From a virus (taxonomy: Duplodnaviria > Caudoviricetes): DNA of 40,199 nucleotides. Below are positions 1-7,788 of this stretch, piece after piece (the stretch's first letter is position 1; every line of letters starts with the position of its first letter). Below the pieces are notes generated by a model. That model worked only from the letters and a program-made list of their open reading frames with translations. It had not been told where the DNA came from and did not search any database. Position numbers and translations under genes: made by a program. The DNA lies in IMG/VR virus record IMGVR_UViG_3300032272_000036, positions 1 through 40,199 of that record. One strand, given 5' to 3'.

Positions 1-15
1 CAGCAAAAAGAGTTA

Positions 16-318
16 ATGCAGGTTCGGCACACTAAAGAGCTTAACTCTCTAGATGTAGATTATGCCACTGAGCACAACAAAATATCTACAGGAGACACAG
101 TATCTTCTGGATACGGGACAATAGTCGTCGATAAGATAGACGTTGCAAAAAGCAATATTTTTTCAAATATCCCATGCTGCATATACAGCGGCAGAGTGTT
201 AACAAAGTCAATGTCGTTGCGCAAAGATGGTCAAACCATGACGGTTTGGCAGCATAGCGTAATCAGACACCTAACCACTGAGACAGGAGGTTATGTCCCT
301 GGAGACTGTAAAAAATGA
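16..318 (+). CDS. hypothetical phage protein (true start may lie upstream of the window)
   Basis: 100-aa ORF co-oriented with the operon; no motif recognised. Confidence 0.55.
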   Translation: MQVRHTKELNSLDVDYATEHNKISTGDTVSSGYGTIVVDKIDVAKSNIFSNIPCCIYSGRVLTKSMSLRKDGQTMTVWQHSVIRHLTTETGGYVPGDCKK

Positions 319-428
319 CAACAATAGTCTCAATAATCCTGGCCGCATCGGTGGCCTACGGTGCTGTATTTGTGGATGTTGTTGAGCCGTTGCCAATAGT
401 TTATGAGATTGAAACTGTTTGTGATTAA
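315..428 (+). CDS. small hydrophobic protein (37 aa, MTTIVSIILAASVAYGAVFVDVV...)
   Basis: ATGA overlap with the upstream stop; hydrophobic N-terminus; below the ORF-track cutoff. Confidence 0.4.
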   Translation: MTTIVSIILAASVAYGAVFVDVVEPLPIVYEIETVCD

Positions 429-441
429 CCAACAAAACTCC

Positions 442-470
442 TTGCAAACAATCAGCAAATATGCGATAAT
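442..470 (+). promoter_or_regulatory. sigma70-type promoter for the replication operon
   Basis: TTGCAA(442-447)-17 bp-GATAAT(465-470), with TG extended -10 at 462-463. Confidence 0.6.
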
Positions 471-562
471 CTGGATATCAAGTGAAAGCCGGGGTGGTGC
501 CTGGCTGGATGATAAAAAAATAAAACGAAAGGTAAGAGAATTAAAATGTATCTGAAAATTTT

Positions 563-644
563 AGGGCAGCAAACAAATGGAAAGGGCTTTCGGATCTGTA
601 ACCGCAGATTATTCCCCCTGGATATTTGTTTGCTGCCCTTTTTT
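563..644 (+). terminator. long leader hairpin / intrinsic terminator or attenuator
   Basis: 16-bp perfect inverted repeat AGGGCAGCAAACAAAT(563-578)/ATTTGTTTGCTGCCCT(624-639) followed by a T-run; inner hairpin ATCTG-TAACCG-CAGAT. Confidence 0.65.
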
Positions 645-659
645 GTTGAGGTGCATTAA

Positions 660-1334
660 TTGAAGAATTTTTACGAACTATTTTTCCATACTATACGCCA
701 CTCTAGCAAGGCGGACCTTGAGTCGTTTAGGCGATACATCAACAACAATATTACCTCTGAGATAAAGCTAAGAGGCAAGAGAGGTGACGATGTAAAGCAG
801 AAGCTAAACGAAAGCAACTCAGTTTTGCCAATCCCATCCGGAAAGAAAAAATATACCCAAAGAATAAAATACATAGAATTTGTTTTAAATCAAAAGTGGG
901 AATACCTTTATTCTGGTGGTTCTTATGACGACTCTAAGGATTACTATGTCTATGCTCACGTTGACCCACTGTCAAAGGATTACAACCTTAAAGATAGACT
1001 AAACATTGTAGGTTTGCCTTTTTATATTGGCAAAGGAAAGGGTAATAGAGCTTGGGACCTGAACCGTAATCAAGGCCATGACGTAAGAATAAAATCAGTT
1101 CTCTCTAAAGGCTACGGCCCTTCCCATATAGTTAACATCGTTAGAAAAGGATTGTCTGAGGTTGAAGCGTTAGCCTTAGAATCTCAACTAGTTTATGTGT
1201 TCAGGACAGTATATGAGAATCAACAACACGGATTGCTTTATAATATTGATACAGGGAAAAGACCAGATTTCGAGGCTATTTCAGAAGTACCAGACAGGAA
1301 GCAATGTATCATCCGGAGAGGGCAGCAGTCGTGA
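660..1334 (+). CDS. GIY-YIG (LEM-3-like) endonuclease
   Basis: YYVYAHVDP...PFYIGKGKGNRA...LSEVEALALESQLV...LYN motifs; GAGG before a TTG start. Confidence 0.75.
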   Translation: MKNFYELFFHTIRHSSKADLESFRRYINNNITSEIKLRGKRGDDVKQKLNESNSVLPIPSGKKKYTQRIKYIEFVLNQKWEYLYSGGSYDDSKDYYVYAHVDPLSKDYNLKDRLNIVGLPFYIGKGKGNRAWDLNRNQGHDVRIKSVLSKGYGPSHIVNIVRKGLSEVEALALESQLVYVFRTVYENQQHGLLYNIDTGKRPDFEAISEVPDRKQCIIRRGQQS

Positions 1335-2035
1335 TAGGCTGGATCAAAGTCCATAGAGAATTACAAAACCACTGGGTGTTTGAAAATCCAGAACATCTGA
1401 AGGCATGGTTGACTATCATCATGGAGGTAAATCATACCGACCATAAAGTTGCGATAGGTGGAAAGCTATTCGAGTGCAAACGTGGTGAAAGTTTAAAGTC
1501 ATTGGACACATGGGCAAGGCTATTTGGTAAGTCGTGGAACAAATCGAAGGTTAGAAGGTTTTTCAAACTTCTCGAAACTGATTCAATGTTAGTCACTAAA
1601 AACGAATCAAAAACGACACGGCTAACAGTATGTAATTACTGCAAATACCAGTCAGAGCGAAACGCAGATGAAACGCAAGTGAAACGCACACGAAACGGAA
1701 GTGAAACGCAAGTGACACCAAACAACAATGATAAGAAGGTTAAGAATGAGAATAATGATAAGAAAGAAGCTGCAAAGCGTGTGATTGACCACCTAAACGA
1801 AAAAACATCCAAGAGATTTAAAAAAGTAGAAACAAATCTTTCACTGATTGTTTCAAGGATGGCAGAGGGATTTTCTGAGGACGACTGTATAGTGGCAATT
1901 AATAATCAAGTCGTTGCATGGGGGAATGATGAAAAGATGTCTGCTTTTCTCAGGCCACAAACATTGTTCTGTAAAAGCAAAATCGATGGGTATGTAAATA
2001 ACGAGCCTAAAAAAACTGGAGGGTCAAGGTTTTGA
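1331..2035 (+). CDS. phage replication initiator (lambda O/DnaD-like N-terminus, Phg_2220_C-like C-terminus)
   Basis: GWIKVHR N-terminal motif, LTVCNYCKYQ, C-terminal VIDHLNEKT...LRPQTLF..SKIDGYVN; GTG start overlaps the upstream stop; helicase lies directly downstream. Confidence 0.85.
   Translation: MIGWIKVHRELQNHWVFENPEHLKAWLTIIMEVNHTDHKVAIGGKLFECKRGESLKSLDTWARLFGKSWNKSKVRRFFKLLETDSMLVTKNESKTTRLTVCNYCKYQSERNADETQVKRTRNGSETQVTPNNNDKKVKNENNDKKEAAKRVIDHLNEKTSKRFKKVETNLSLIVSRMAEGFSEDDCIVAINNQVVAWGNDEKMSAFLRPQTLFCKSKIDGYVNNEPKKTGGSRF
1659..1713 (+). repeat. iteron array, probable replication origin
   Basis: five tandem 11-mers GAAACGCAGAT/GAAACGCAAGT/GAAACGCACAC/GAAACGGAAGT/GAAACGCAAGT inside the initiator gene, followed by an A-rich tract. 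Confidence 0.8.
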
Positions 2036-3252
2036 AAGAAACAGAACAAGCATTAATAGGGGCAATGATCGGAGACCCAAGCTGTATTCCTTCTGTTATT
2101 GGAATAGTAAAAGCTTCTGACATGGAGACAGAGAAAGGATATTTTGCGTTTGAAGCAATAGAAGAGCTTTTTCGTGAAGGGGCTGCAATTGATCCGGTAA
2201 CTGTTGGTACTAGTCCTGGAGTTGATTTTCTTTACGTCACATCATCGACAAGTATAGGGTTCTGGACTAGCGCAACACAGTATGCAGTAGAGATTGCAAC
2301 TGCATCAAAAATAAGAAGGATGAAAGACGGTTTAAACAACCTGATATCATGCAAGAAGGCAGAAGATATTTTGCGCGGGATAACTGATATCTACAACAAT
2401 GAGTCTGGAGGGAAAGGAAAGGAGCCTGAAATAGTAGATGTCATTGGCCGTTTTGACGCTCACGTAAAAGCCAACATTGCCCGCGGGTCGACTGGACTTG
2501 CTACCGGAATACAACGACTAGATAACTCAATGATTTATTACGTTAGCGGGCAAATTTGGGCTTTAGGCGGGTACACATCGACAGGTAAAACTGCCATGAT
2601 GGTGCAGATGATTGTTAACTTGTTCATGGCAAACAAAAAAGCAAGGGTTTGTGTCATTGCCACAGAGATGACAGAAGAACAAATGGTGGCAAGGATTTTG
2701 GGTAACATGACAGGTATTTATTCACAGAGGATTCTTGCCGGTGACGTGTGGCCAACAGACCAGGAAAAGTATTCAAAAGCATATAGTCAATTAAAATCGT
2801 GGAACCTTAAAATACACGATGATATAAATGAGCTTGCTGATATTGAATCTACAGCAAGAAGTCATGCAATGCGCGGGGGAATCGATGTCTGTTTTATTGA
2901 TTATGTTCAGAATTGCCATGTAAAAGGAATTGACAACTCGTACATGGAGCAGAAAACACTTGCTACAAACATTCAGCAGCTTGCGAAGACAACGAATTCG
3001 ACTATGGTGTGTTTAAGCCAAGTGAGCAACGCAGTAGGCCGTGGTGATGTCGGAACGTTTGAGTTGAAGGGCGCTGGTGAGTGGGCTGCTGTAGCAGATG
3101 TGGGAATGATGTTGAAACGTGGTAAAATTGATGAAAGAGAGTTATTGCTTGATGTTCCAAAAAATCGCCACGGAGTAAAGCCAAGTGTCATTTTTAAGTT
3201 CAGCAAGAACTACTCAAACATGGTTGAGATACCAGAGGACTCACCAATATAG
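2032..3252 (+). CDS. dnaB: replicative DNA helicase, DnaB-like
   Basis: Walker A GGYTSTGKT, ATEMTEEQM, FIDYVQ, LSQVS, KNRHG. Confidence 0.9.
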   Translation: MKETEQALIGAMIGDPSCIPSVIGIVKASDMETEKGYFAFEAIEELFREGAAIDPVTVGTSPGVDFLYVTSSTSIGFWTSATQYAVEIATASKIRRMKDGLNNLISCKKAEDILRGITDIYNNESGGKGKEPEIVDVIGRFDAHVKANIARGSTGLATGIQRLDNSMIYYVSGQIWALGGYTSTGKTAMMVQMIVNLFMANKKARVCVIATEMTEEQMVARILGNMTGIYSQRILAGDVWPTDQEKYSKAYSQLKSWNLKIHDDINELADIESTARSHAMRGGIDVCFIDYVQNCHVKGIDNSYMEQKTLATNIQQLAKTTNSTMVCLSQVSNAVGRGDVGTFELKGAGEWAAVADVGMMLKRGKIDERELLLDVPKNRHGVKPSVIFKFSKNYSNMVEIPEDSPI

Positions 3253-3287
3253 GCAAAAGCAAAGCATATTGAGCGTTTAATCAAGGA

Positions 3288-3401
3288 AAAGAACAAGTTT
3301 TCAGGTAGGATGGCTGGTTGCAGCGAATTTTTATGTGAGGAAATTATTATGGCAAAAATAGAATGTGTTGCAAAAAATACGATGAAACGTGTTGTTAACT
3401 C
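3288..3401 (-). repeat. degenerate attC-like site (array 1, site 0)
   Basis: GTTAACTC(3394-3401) is the exact complement of GAGTTAAC(3597-3604) at the gene end; AAC at 3292; arms decayed. Confidence 0.45.
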
Positions 3402-3603
3402 AAGTAAAAAACAAATGACATTTCCGTGGGCTGTTTTTTTGGTTGTTGTTATGACAATAGCATACGCCTACCATTGCGAAACTGGCGACAAACTAAGCGG
3501 ATTTTTCATTTATTTCTGCGCAGTTGTTGGATGTCTTTGTGTGTGGTCGATAGACACAAAAAATTATTATTACGTTAAGTACTTAAAAAGTAAAGAGAGT
3601 TAA
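3349..3603 (+). CDS. small membrane protein, cassette cargo
   Basis: GAGG RBS at 3337; two hydrophobic segments; stop TAA overlaps the TAAC core. Confidence 0.65.
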   Translation: MAKIECVAKNTMKRVVNSSKKQMTFPWAVFLVVVMTIAYAYHCETGDKLSGFFIYFCAVVGCLCVWSIDTKNYYYVKYLKSKES

Positions 3604-3662
3604 CGCTGAGGCAACTGGTTGCGTGGCAGTTTCAGTAATCCATGTTTAGAGTTTTATTATAC
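3598..3662 (-). repeat. attC-like site (array 1, site 1)
   Basis: + strand AGTTAAC GCTGAG GCAACTGG...T CCATGTTTAGA GTTTT ATTATAC. Confidence 0.7.
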
Positions 3663-3681
3663 ATTTTTGGAGGTAAAAAAC

Positions 3682-3924
3682 GTGTGCGAATGCGAAGAAA
3701 AAGACTGTGAATACAAAGAAGGTAAATTATACTGGCACGAAGCTCTTGATAGAGCCCATGTTGCTTGTGACCACTTTTACGAGTATGTGCAACAGCATAT
3801 AGCGGTGCAGCATGACGAGGCACTTGAAGAAGCTGCAACGGCTGTCACTGATGCTATGCGGGATTTTTATCAACTTGTTGGCCGCAAATCATACGATTTT
3901 GACCAAAGGGACGGAGAAGTATAA
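3682..3924 (+). CDS. hypothetical protein, cassette cargo
   Basis: GGAGG RBS at 3669 and GTG start; HEALDR motif; stop lies in TAAC. Confidence 0.7.
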   Translation: MCECEEKDCEYKEGKLYWHEALDRAHVACDHFYEYVQQHIAVQHDEALEEAATAVTDAMRDFYQLVGRKSYDFDQRDGEV

Positions 3925-4117
3925 CGCTGAGCTCAATTGCCCCAAGTGGCTTAAGGAGAAGTACGATGGCAATATGTGAACACAAAAGCAAATGTGAAAA
4001 TTATACAAGCGAATGTAATAGGCTGGCCCACCCTTTTATGAACGCAAAGAAAGGGTGCTTGGAATTACCAAGCAAAAAACCGCTGACCTTGGGGTCGATT
4101 GAAGCGCATTGTTCTAT
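3919..4117 (-). repeat. long attC-like site (array 1, site 2, 199 bp)
   Basis: GTATAAC GCTGA GCTCAATTG CCCAAG...CTTGGG G T CGATTGAAGC GCATT GTTCTAT; loop contains the RBS and ATG of the next gene. Confidence 0.75.
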
Positions 4118-4280
4118 TGATTGGGCTCTTTTTACGGATAAGCGCCCAGAGATAGGAGAGTGGATATTAGCATACACTAAAGGCAGAACACCACAGACAT
4201 CTTTCCACACGATTAAATATTATAAAGGTGACGAAACTCAATATACCCACTGGGCTTCATTGGAAGCGCCAAATCAATAG
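3966..4280 (+). CDS. DUF551-like domain protein, cassette cargo
   Basis: C-terminal W...DKRPE.G.WIL...THWASLEAP pattern; AAGGAG RBS. Confidence 0.65.
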   Translation: MAICEHKSKCENYTSECNRLAHPFMNAKKGCLELPSKKPLTLGSIEAHCSIDWALFTDKRPEIGEWILAYTKGRTPQTSFHTIKYYKGDETQYTHWASLEAPNQ

Positions 4281-4331
4281 AACGCTTGGATAAATGGCGA
4301 GGAACGAGTCCAATTAATTATTTTGTTGGTT
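4277..4331 (-). repeat. attC-like site (array 1, site 3, 55 bp)
   Basis: ATAGAAC GCTTGG ATAAATGG CGAGGAACGAG T CCAATTAAT TATTTT GTTGGTT. Confidence 0.8.
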
Positions 4332-4350
4332 TACGACAAGGAGCGAGAAA

Positions 4351-4554
4351 ATGACTGATACAGAAAGAGTTAAGAAGGCAATAGACTTCGCAGTAGAATG
4401 GGGAGGGGTAGACGGGGAGCACCATAAGGATTGGTGTATTGACCAAATGGTAAGGATTTTAGCAGGCGATGAATATGACAATGTCGTGAAGGACGCGTGC
4501 GCAGGAGAAGACGGACCTGATACGTTTGGCTGGGATTGTGGAATAGCGCCATAG
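4351..4554 (+). CDS. hypothetical phage protein, cassette cargo
   Basis: AAGGAG RBS; GGVDGEHHKDWCIDQMVRIL...WDCGIAP resembles a common small phage family. Confidence 0.75.
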   Translation: MTDTERVKKAIDFAVEWGGVDGEHHKDWCIDQMVRILAGDEYDNVVKDACAGEDGPDTFGWDCGIAP

Positions 4555-4556
4555 TA

Positions 4557-4688
4557 AACCAACGGTTGAATTAACTGGTTTGCGGACTTAGCGCAACCAA
4601 GGAGAATATAGCAATGAGTTATGAAAACAGTAACCAAGTTCCAGGAACCGACGCTGCCCGCAAATCCACGTTGAATGATTTGTTATAT
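4557..4688 (-). repeat. attC-like site (array 1, site 4, 132 bp)
   Basis: AACCAAC GGTTGA ATTAACTGG TTTGCGG...CCGCAAA T CCACGTTGAAT GATTT GTTATAT; extrahelical T and G on the + strand. Confidence 0.85.
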
Positions 4689-5054
4689 GTTTATTCTGGG
4701 AGGTGTAGGCAGTGTGAGGTAGGGCTGCCAACTGGTTTAAAAGATGACGCTGGAAACAGATTAAGAACCGGCGATATTGTAATGAGCTATACCGTTGACT
4801 CTTTTGGGGTGGCGAATTTCGATGGGCTGACGGTCGTGATAGCTGACCAGTGGCAGACATATAGCGACGGGAGTCATGTGTTACAGGAAGATAAGGCCAC
4901 CCCTTTTGTGATGGGGATAAAAAATGTGGATTTAGAGCTAGAGACAGGGGTTTACCCCGATCACGTATGGCGGGTGCGAAGATTGAAGGCATACGAAGAC
5001 GTTGTTGATGGTGAACACTGGAAAGATTTTGGCTTCAGTTTCAAGTCCATATAA
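4614..5054 (+). CDS. hypothetical protein (YopX-like TGLKD..G..L..GDIV segment), cassette cargo
   Basis: AAGGAG RBS inside the attC loop; stop lies in TAAC. Confidence 0.7.
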   Translation: MSYENSNQVPGTDAARKSTLNDLLYVYSGRCRQCEVGLPTGLKDDAGNRLRTGDIVMSYTVDSFGVANFDGLTVVIADQWQTYSDGSHVLQEDKATPFVMGIKNVDLELETGVYPDHVWRVRRLKAYEDVVDGEHWKDFGFSFKSI

Positions 5055-5181
5055 CGTTTTAAATCACGGGATTTTTGCAATTAAATCACAAAACGAGGAA
5101 CGAAGAAATGACCGATGATAACACAATAGACGAAGAACGAAGCCAGGACTGCAAAAATTCCGGTGAATTGCCTTGTTATAC
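5049..5181 (-). repeat. attC-like site (array 1, site 5, 133 bp)
   Basis: ATATAAC GTTTTA AATCACGGGA TTTTTGCA...TGCAAAAA TTCCGGTGAATT GCCTT GTTATAC. Confidence 0.8.
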
Positions 5182-5455
5182 ACGATGCAAGGTAAAAGCG
5201 TTGAATGTTTCCAGTGATATGGTTCTCGTTGATTATTCTGTCAGCCACAACAATGGGACAACCACAGTTGAGCAGTCTATGAGATTGGTAAAAGAGCGCG
5301 GAAAGTGGAAAGCAGAAATTCAATTATTTGATTTTCCAGAACAGGATACACCAGATCGTGCGGCAACTAAACTTTCTGAATGGCTAGGTAGATTGAGCTT
5401 GGCGATAGCTGGTGGGGAGTGCTCCAATATCTACCTGGATGATCTTGGCGTATAA
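5108..5455 (+). CDS. hypothetical protein, cassette cargo
   Basis: GAGGA RBS and ATG inside the attC loop; stop lies in TAAC. Confidence 0.7.
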   Translation: MTDDNTIDEERSQDCKNSGELPCYTRCKVKALNVSSDMVLVDYSVSHNNGTTTVEQSMRLVKERGKWKAEIQLFDFPEQDTPDRAATKLSEWLGRLSLAIAGGECSNIYLDDLGV

Positions 5456-5472
5456 CAGTGTTAATAAGTGGA
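5452..5472 (-). repeat. array-terminal attI-like site, copy 1
   Basis: ATAACAGTGTTAATAAGTGGA; near-identical to 9170-9190 and 12417-12437. Confidence 0.65.
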
Positions 5473-5541
5473 CAACTTTTCCACGCTTAACTTGGTTTTT
5501 TAGTTGATAAGTGGAAAATACAAAATAACAAAGGGCATAAA

Positions 5542-6141
5542 ATGACTTTCCAGACGAAGATATTTGTAGATGGAGATGACGGAGAAAAGTTATCATGTGC
5601 TGAAGCTGCTGCAATTTTAAGTGGCGAAGGTAAAAAGACGACAGCAAAACAAATACGCAACCATATTGCAGGGAAAAATATTACGACGATCGACGGATTG
5701 CGTAATCATAGAGAAAAAGTTGAGAGAAAACTAAAGTCATTTAAGCCAAAGCCACCGATAAGGGGAGACGATGGAAAAGTTATCAGTAACGCTGATGTTG
5801 TTAACACCCTAAAAGTAGAGGGGTATACCGCGTATGAGCAAAAGGTGAGCTATTACCGTGATCGTCATGGCGCTAAATCGCTCAACGATCTGAGACGGTT
5901 ATTTGGCGAGAATGTAAGAGTTGATAGTCCTCGTGGGATATTGTCTGGAGAGTTTGTAAAAATTGAAGATAAGATTTACAAAGTTGCAGAGGTCTTTGCC
6001 AACGGAGCCGGCCGACCTGATTTAATGTGCAACCCGGTAATGACCAATGGACAAGTTTTGACACGTACAACGAGATATATTAGCGGCACTGAAAAATGGC
6101 GTAAACTGAAGTATGACCCAAAGGTTTTTATTAAAAAGTAA
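5542..6141 (+). CDS. hypothetical basic protein, possibly DNA-binding with an internal repeat
   Basis: 199-aa K/R-rich ORF; two GDDG-led segments. Confidence 0.65.
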   Translation: MTFQTKIFVDGDDGEKLSCAEAAAILSGEGKKTTAKQIRNHIAGKNITTIDGLRNHREKVERKLKSFKPKPPIRGDDGKVISNADVVNTLKVEGYTAYEQKVSYYRDRHGAKSLNDLRRLFGENVRVDSPRGILSGEFVKIEDKIYKVAEVFANGAGRPDLMCNPVMTNGQVLTRTTRYISGTEKWRKLKYDPKVFIKK

Positions 6142-6159
6142 AAAAATGTGTTTTTACTG

Positions 6160-6188
6160 TTGACTTATATGTCCAATGGGTATATATT
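6160..6188 (+). promoter_or_regulatory. sigma70 promoter with overlapping imperfect palindrome (operator candidate)
   Basis: TTGACT(6160-6165)-17 bp-TATATT(6183-6188); TATATGTCCA-A-TGGGTATATA spans the spacer. Confidence 0.65.
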
Positions 6189-6245
6189 GTAGGTAAAGGA
6201 TGAGGCAATAAAGCCTTAAGCGACAAAGACAACAGGGAGAACATT

Positions 6246-6464
6246 ATGAAAGCTACAATTAACCCAGGAGCAGAATTTGATTGGACTGGAAAAACATGGG
6301 AAGAATTAGCAGTTGCCTACGGGATGGACGAGAAATCAATGAGAGAAGAAGCTATTGAGTTCCAGAATTGCGAAGGGTTTGACGACGAAGGTAATGAATC
6401 AGATGATTTACACGAGTGGTTGACTAATGAAAATGCCGCATTTGTAGACAATACACCTTTTTAA
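6246..6464 (+). CDS. small acidic hypothetical protein
   Basis: GGGAG RBS; 72 aa, very D/E-rich. Confidence 0.7.
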   Translation: MKATINPGAEFDWTGKTWEELAVAYGMDEKSMREEAIEFQNCEGFDDEGNESDDLHEWLTNENAAFVDNTPF

Positions 6465-6512
6465 CATAACCAACGGGGCTTGGAAACAGGCCCCACAACA
6501 AGGAGAGAGACG

Positions 6513-6704
6513 ATGAAACTTTATATTTTTAACAGAGAAACAATGAAAGTTATTGCTACAGTCGAAGGAGACAGGAACATTGACTGTGAGAGAATAGCAG
6601 AGGAAAACGGATCTTGTCCGGACGAGACAGTAGGCTGGACATACTCTCCTGGGTTTGGGTTTGAAGGTGGACTTGAGGAAAATGACAAAGTCGTAGAGCT
6701 TTGA
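6513..6704 (+). CDS. small acidic hypothetical protein
   Basis: AGGAGAG RBS, ATG at 6513; preceded by hairpin GGGGC...GCCCC (6475-6494). Confidence 0.65.
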   Translation: MKLYIFNRETMKVIATVEGDRNIDCERIAEENGSCPDETVGWTYSPGFGFEGGLEENDKVVEL

Positions 6705-6705
6705 A

Positions 6706-6903
6706 ATGAAAAATTTAACGATTGCAGAATTAAGAGGCAAAACAGGACTCACTCAGAAGGAATTCGGGAAACTGCTAGGCATGACACAGCCAGCAGTTAA
6801 CCGGATCGAGTCCGGTAGGCGCACTGAGACTAAAGGGCACCTCGCAACCTTGGCTGCGCTTGATCTTATTATCGAGAAAGGGATGCTCGATTTGTTGTTG
6901 TAA
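6706..6903 (+). CDS. XRE/Cro-family HTH regulator
   Basis: LRGKTGLTQKEFGKLLGMTQPAVNRIESGRR. Confidence 0.9.
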   Translation: MKNLTIAELRGKTGLTQKEFGKLLGMTQPAVNRIESGRRTETKGHLATLAALDLIIEKGMLDLLL

Positions 6904-6942
6904 AAAAATATAACGCCGTTTTAATAACGAGGAAAGATTATT

Positions 6943-7104
6943 ATGAAAAAGTATGAGAGCGTAAGGATGGCCGTTTTAATCCAGTTGATGTCAGAAATCA
7001 CCGGAAGCCAAGAAGGTGTGATTCTGGAGGCATTACAAGGCCATTGTATTGACGAAGAAGACGCTGGTGCTATTAAGAGAGAACTTGACGAAATCCAAGA
7101 GTGA
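6943..7104 (+). CDS. hypothetical protein (53 aa, MKKYESVRMAVLIQLM...)
   Basis: GAGG RBS; below the ORF-track cutoff. Confidence 0.5.
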   Translation: MKKYESVRMAVLIQLMSEITGSQEGVILEALQGHCIDEEDAGAIKRELDEIQE

Positions 7105-7226
7105 TATCTGGCAACCAAACGGCAATCTCACCAGTGCCGCCACCGGATGAGTAAAAATAACGCCAGCGTTCCAATAATCCGGTGCAACGACTGATCAAAA
7201 CAGCAACCAAGGAGGAAATATACACC

Positions 7227-7321
7227 TTGCAAAAACATGAGCGATAGAGTATAAAGTAATAGTCGCTTCATCTCCCTCCTAAACCCCATTGCCACCTGTG
7301 ATTCTCGGCAATGGGGTTTTT
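7227..7321 (+). ncRNA. candidate small RNA (promoter, anti-SD-like segment, intrinsic terminator)
   Basis: TTGCAA(7227)-17 bp-TATAAA(7250); CTCCCTCCT; 13-bp perfect stem 7281-7293/7307-7319 plus Ts. Confidence 0.4.
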
Positions 7322-7407
7322 CTCGTTTTGACCAAAAAATACATAGAATGCCAATTATTTTGTCAATTACATTGTAAATCTAAATATAATGTGTTATTTT
7401 ATATATT

Positions 7408-7587
7408 ATGAAAGAAGAAATTAAGCCAAGTAAATATTGTAAGCAGCAAGGTTTCAAAACTCTAACTGAATGTTCTAGAGTAGTGGACGTTAAAGTCCCA
7501 ACGCTTAGGAATTGGAGCAAATACCACCCTGTTCGTTTTAGGGCTGTTGTGGCTGGTGGTGTGTTTATTAAAAATAATAACCAATAA
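7408..7587 (+). CDS. small HTH-like protein (59 aa)
   Basis: PSKYCKQQGFKTLTECSRVVDVKVPTLRNW pattern; below the ORF-track cutoff. Confidence 0.55.
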   Translation: MKEEIKPSKYCKQQGFKTLTECSRVVDVKVPTLRNWSKYHPVRFRAVVAGGVFIKNNNQ

Positions 7588-7788
7588 TCATGGACAAAAG
7601 AATGGAAAAGACAGATCTCCATATGTATTTTTTTTGCTTGCCTTGGGTTTAGTGTGGTGGGTTTACTTGTTCCTGTTTTTAGTGGCGAGCCGTTTTTAGC
7701 CGCGGCGTTTGTAATTGCTGCGCTAATAGACAATGAAAAATAATTAGGGTTTGTTTTCAGGGTGAAGGATCGTGGTGAGGAGGGTGTT

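Noticed and set aside
3919-5455. Combinatorial N-/C-terminal domain shuffling, because ORFs cross the GTT box
   Set aside because: With standard IntI crossover at AA|C the loop-encoded N-terminus travels with its own gene, so no chimeras are predicted; this would change only if the other R box were cut
5452-5472. Terminal motif as a XerCD dif/pdif site
   Set aside because: It lacks the 11-6-11 layout and the TTATGTTAAAT-like XerD arm
7585-7587. Stop-codon reassignment
   Set aside because: All core genes, including an 8.4-kb ORF, are intact in the standard code and end in TAA, TAG or TGA
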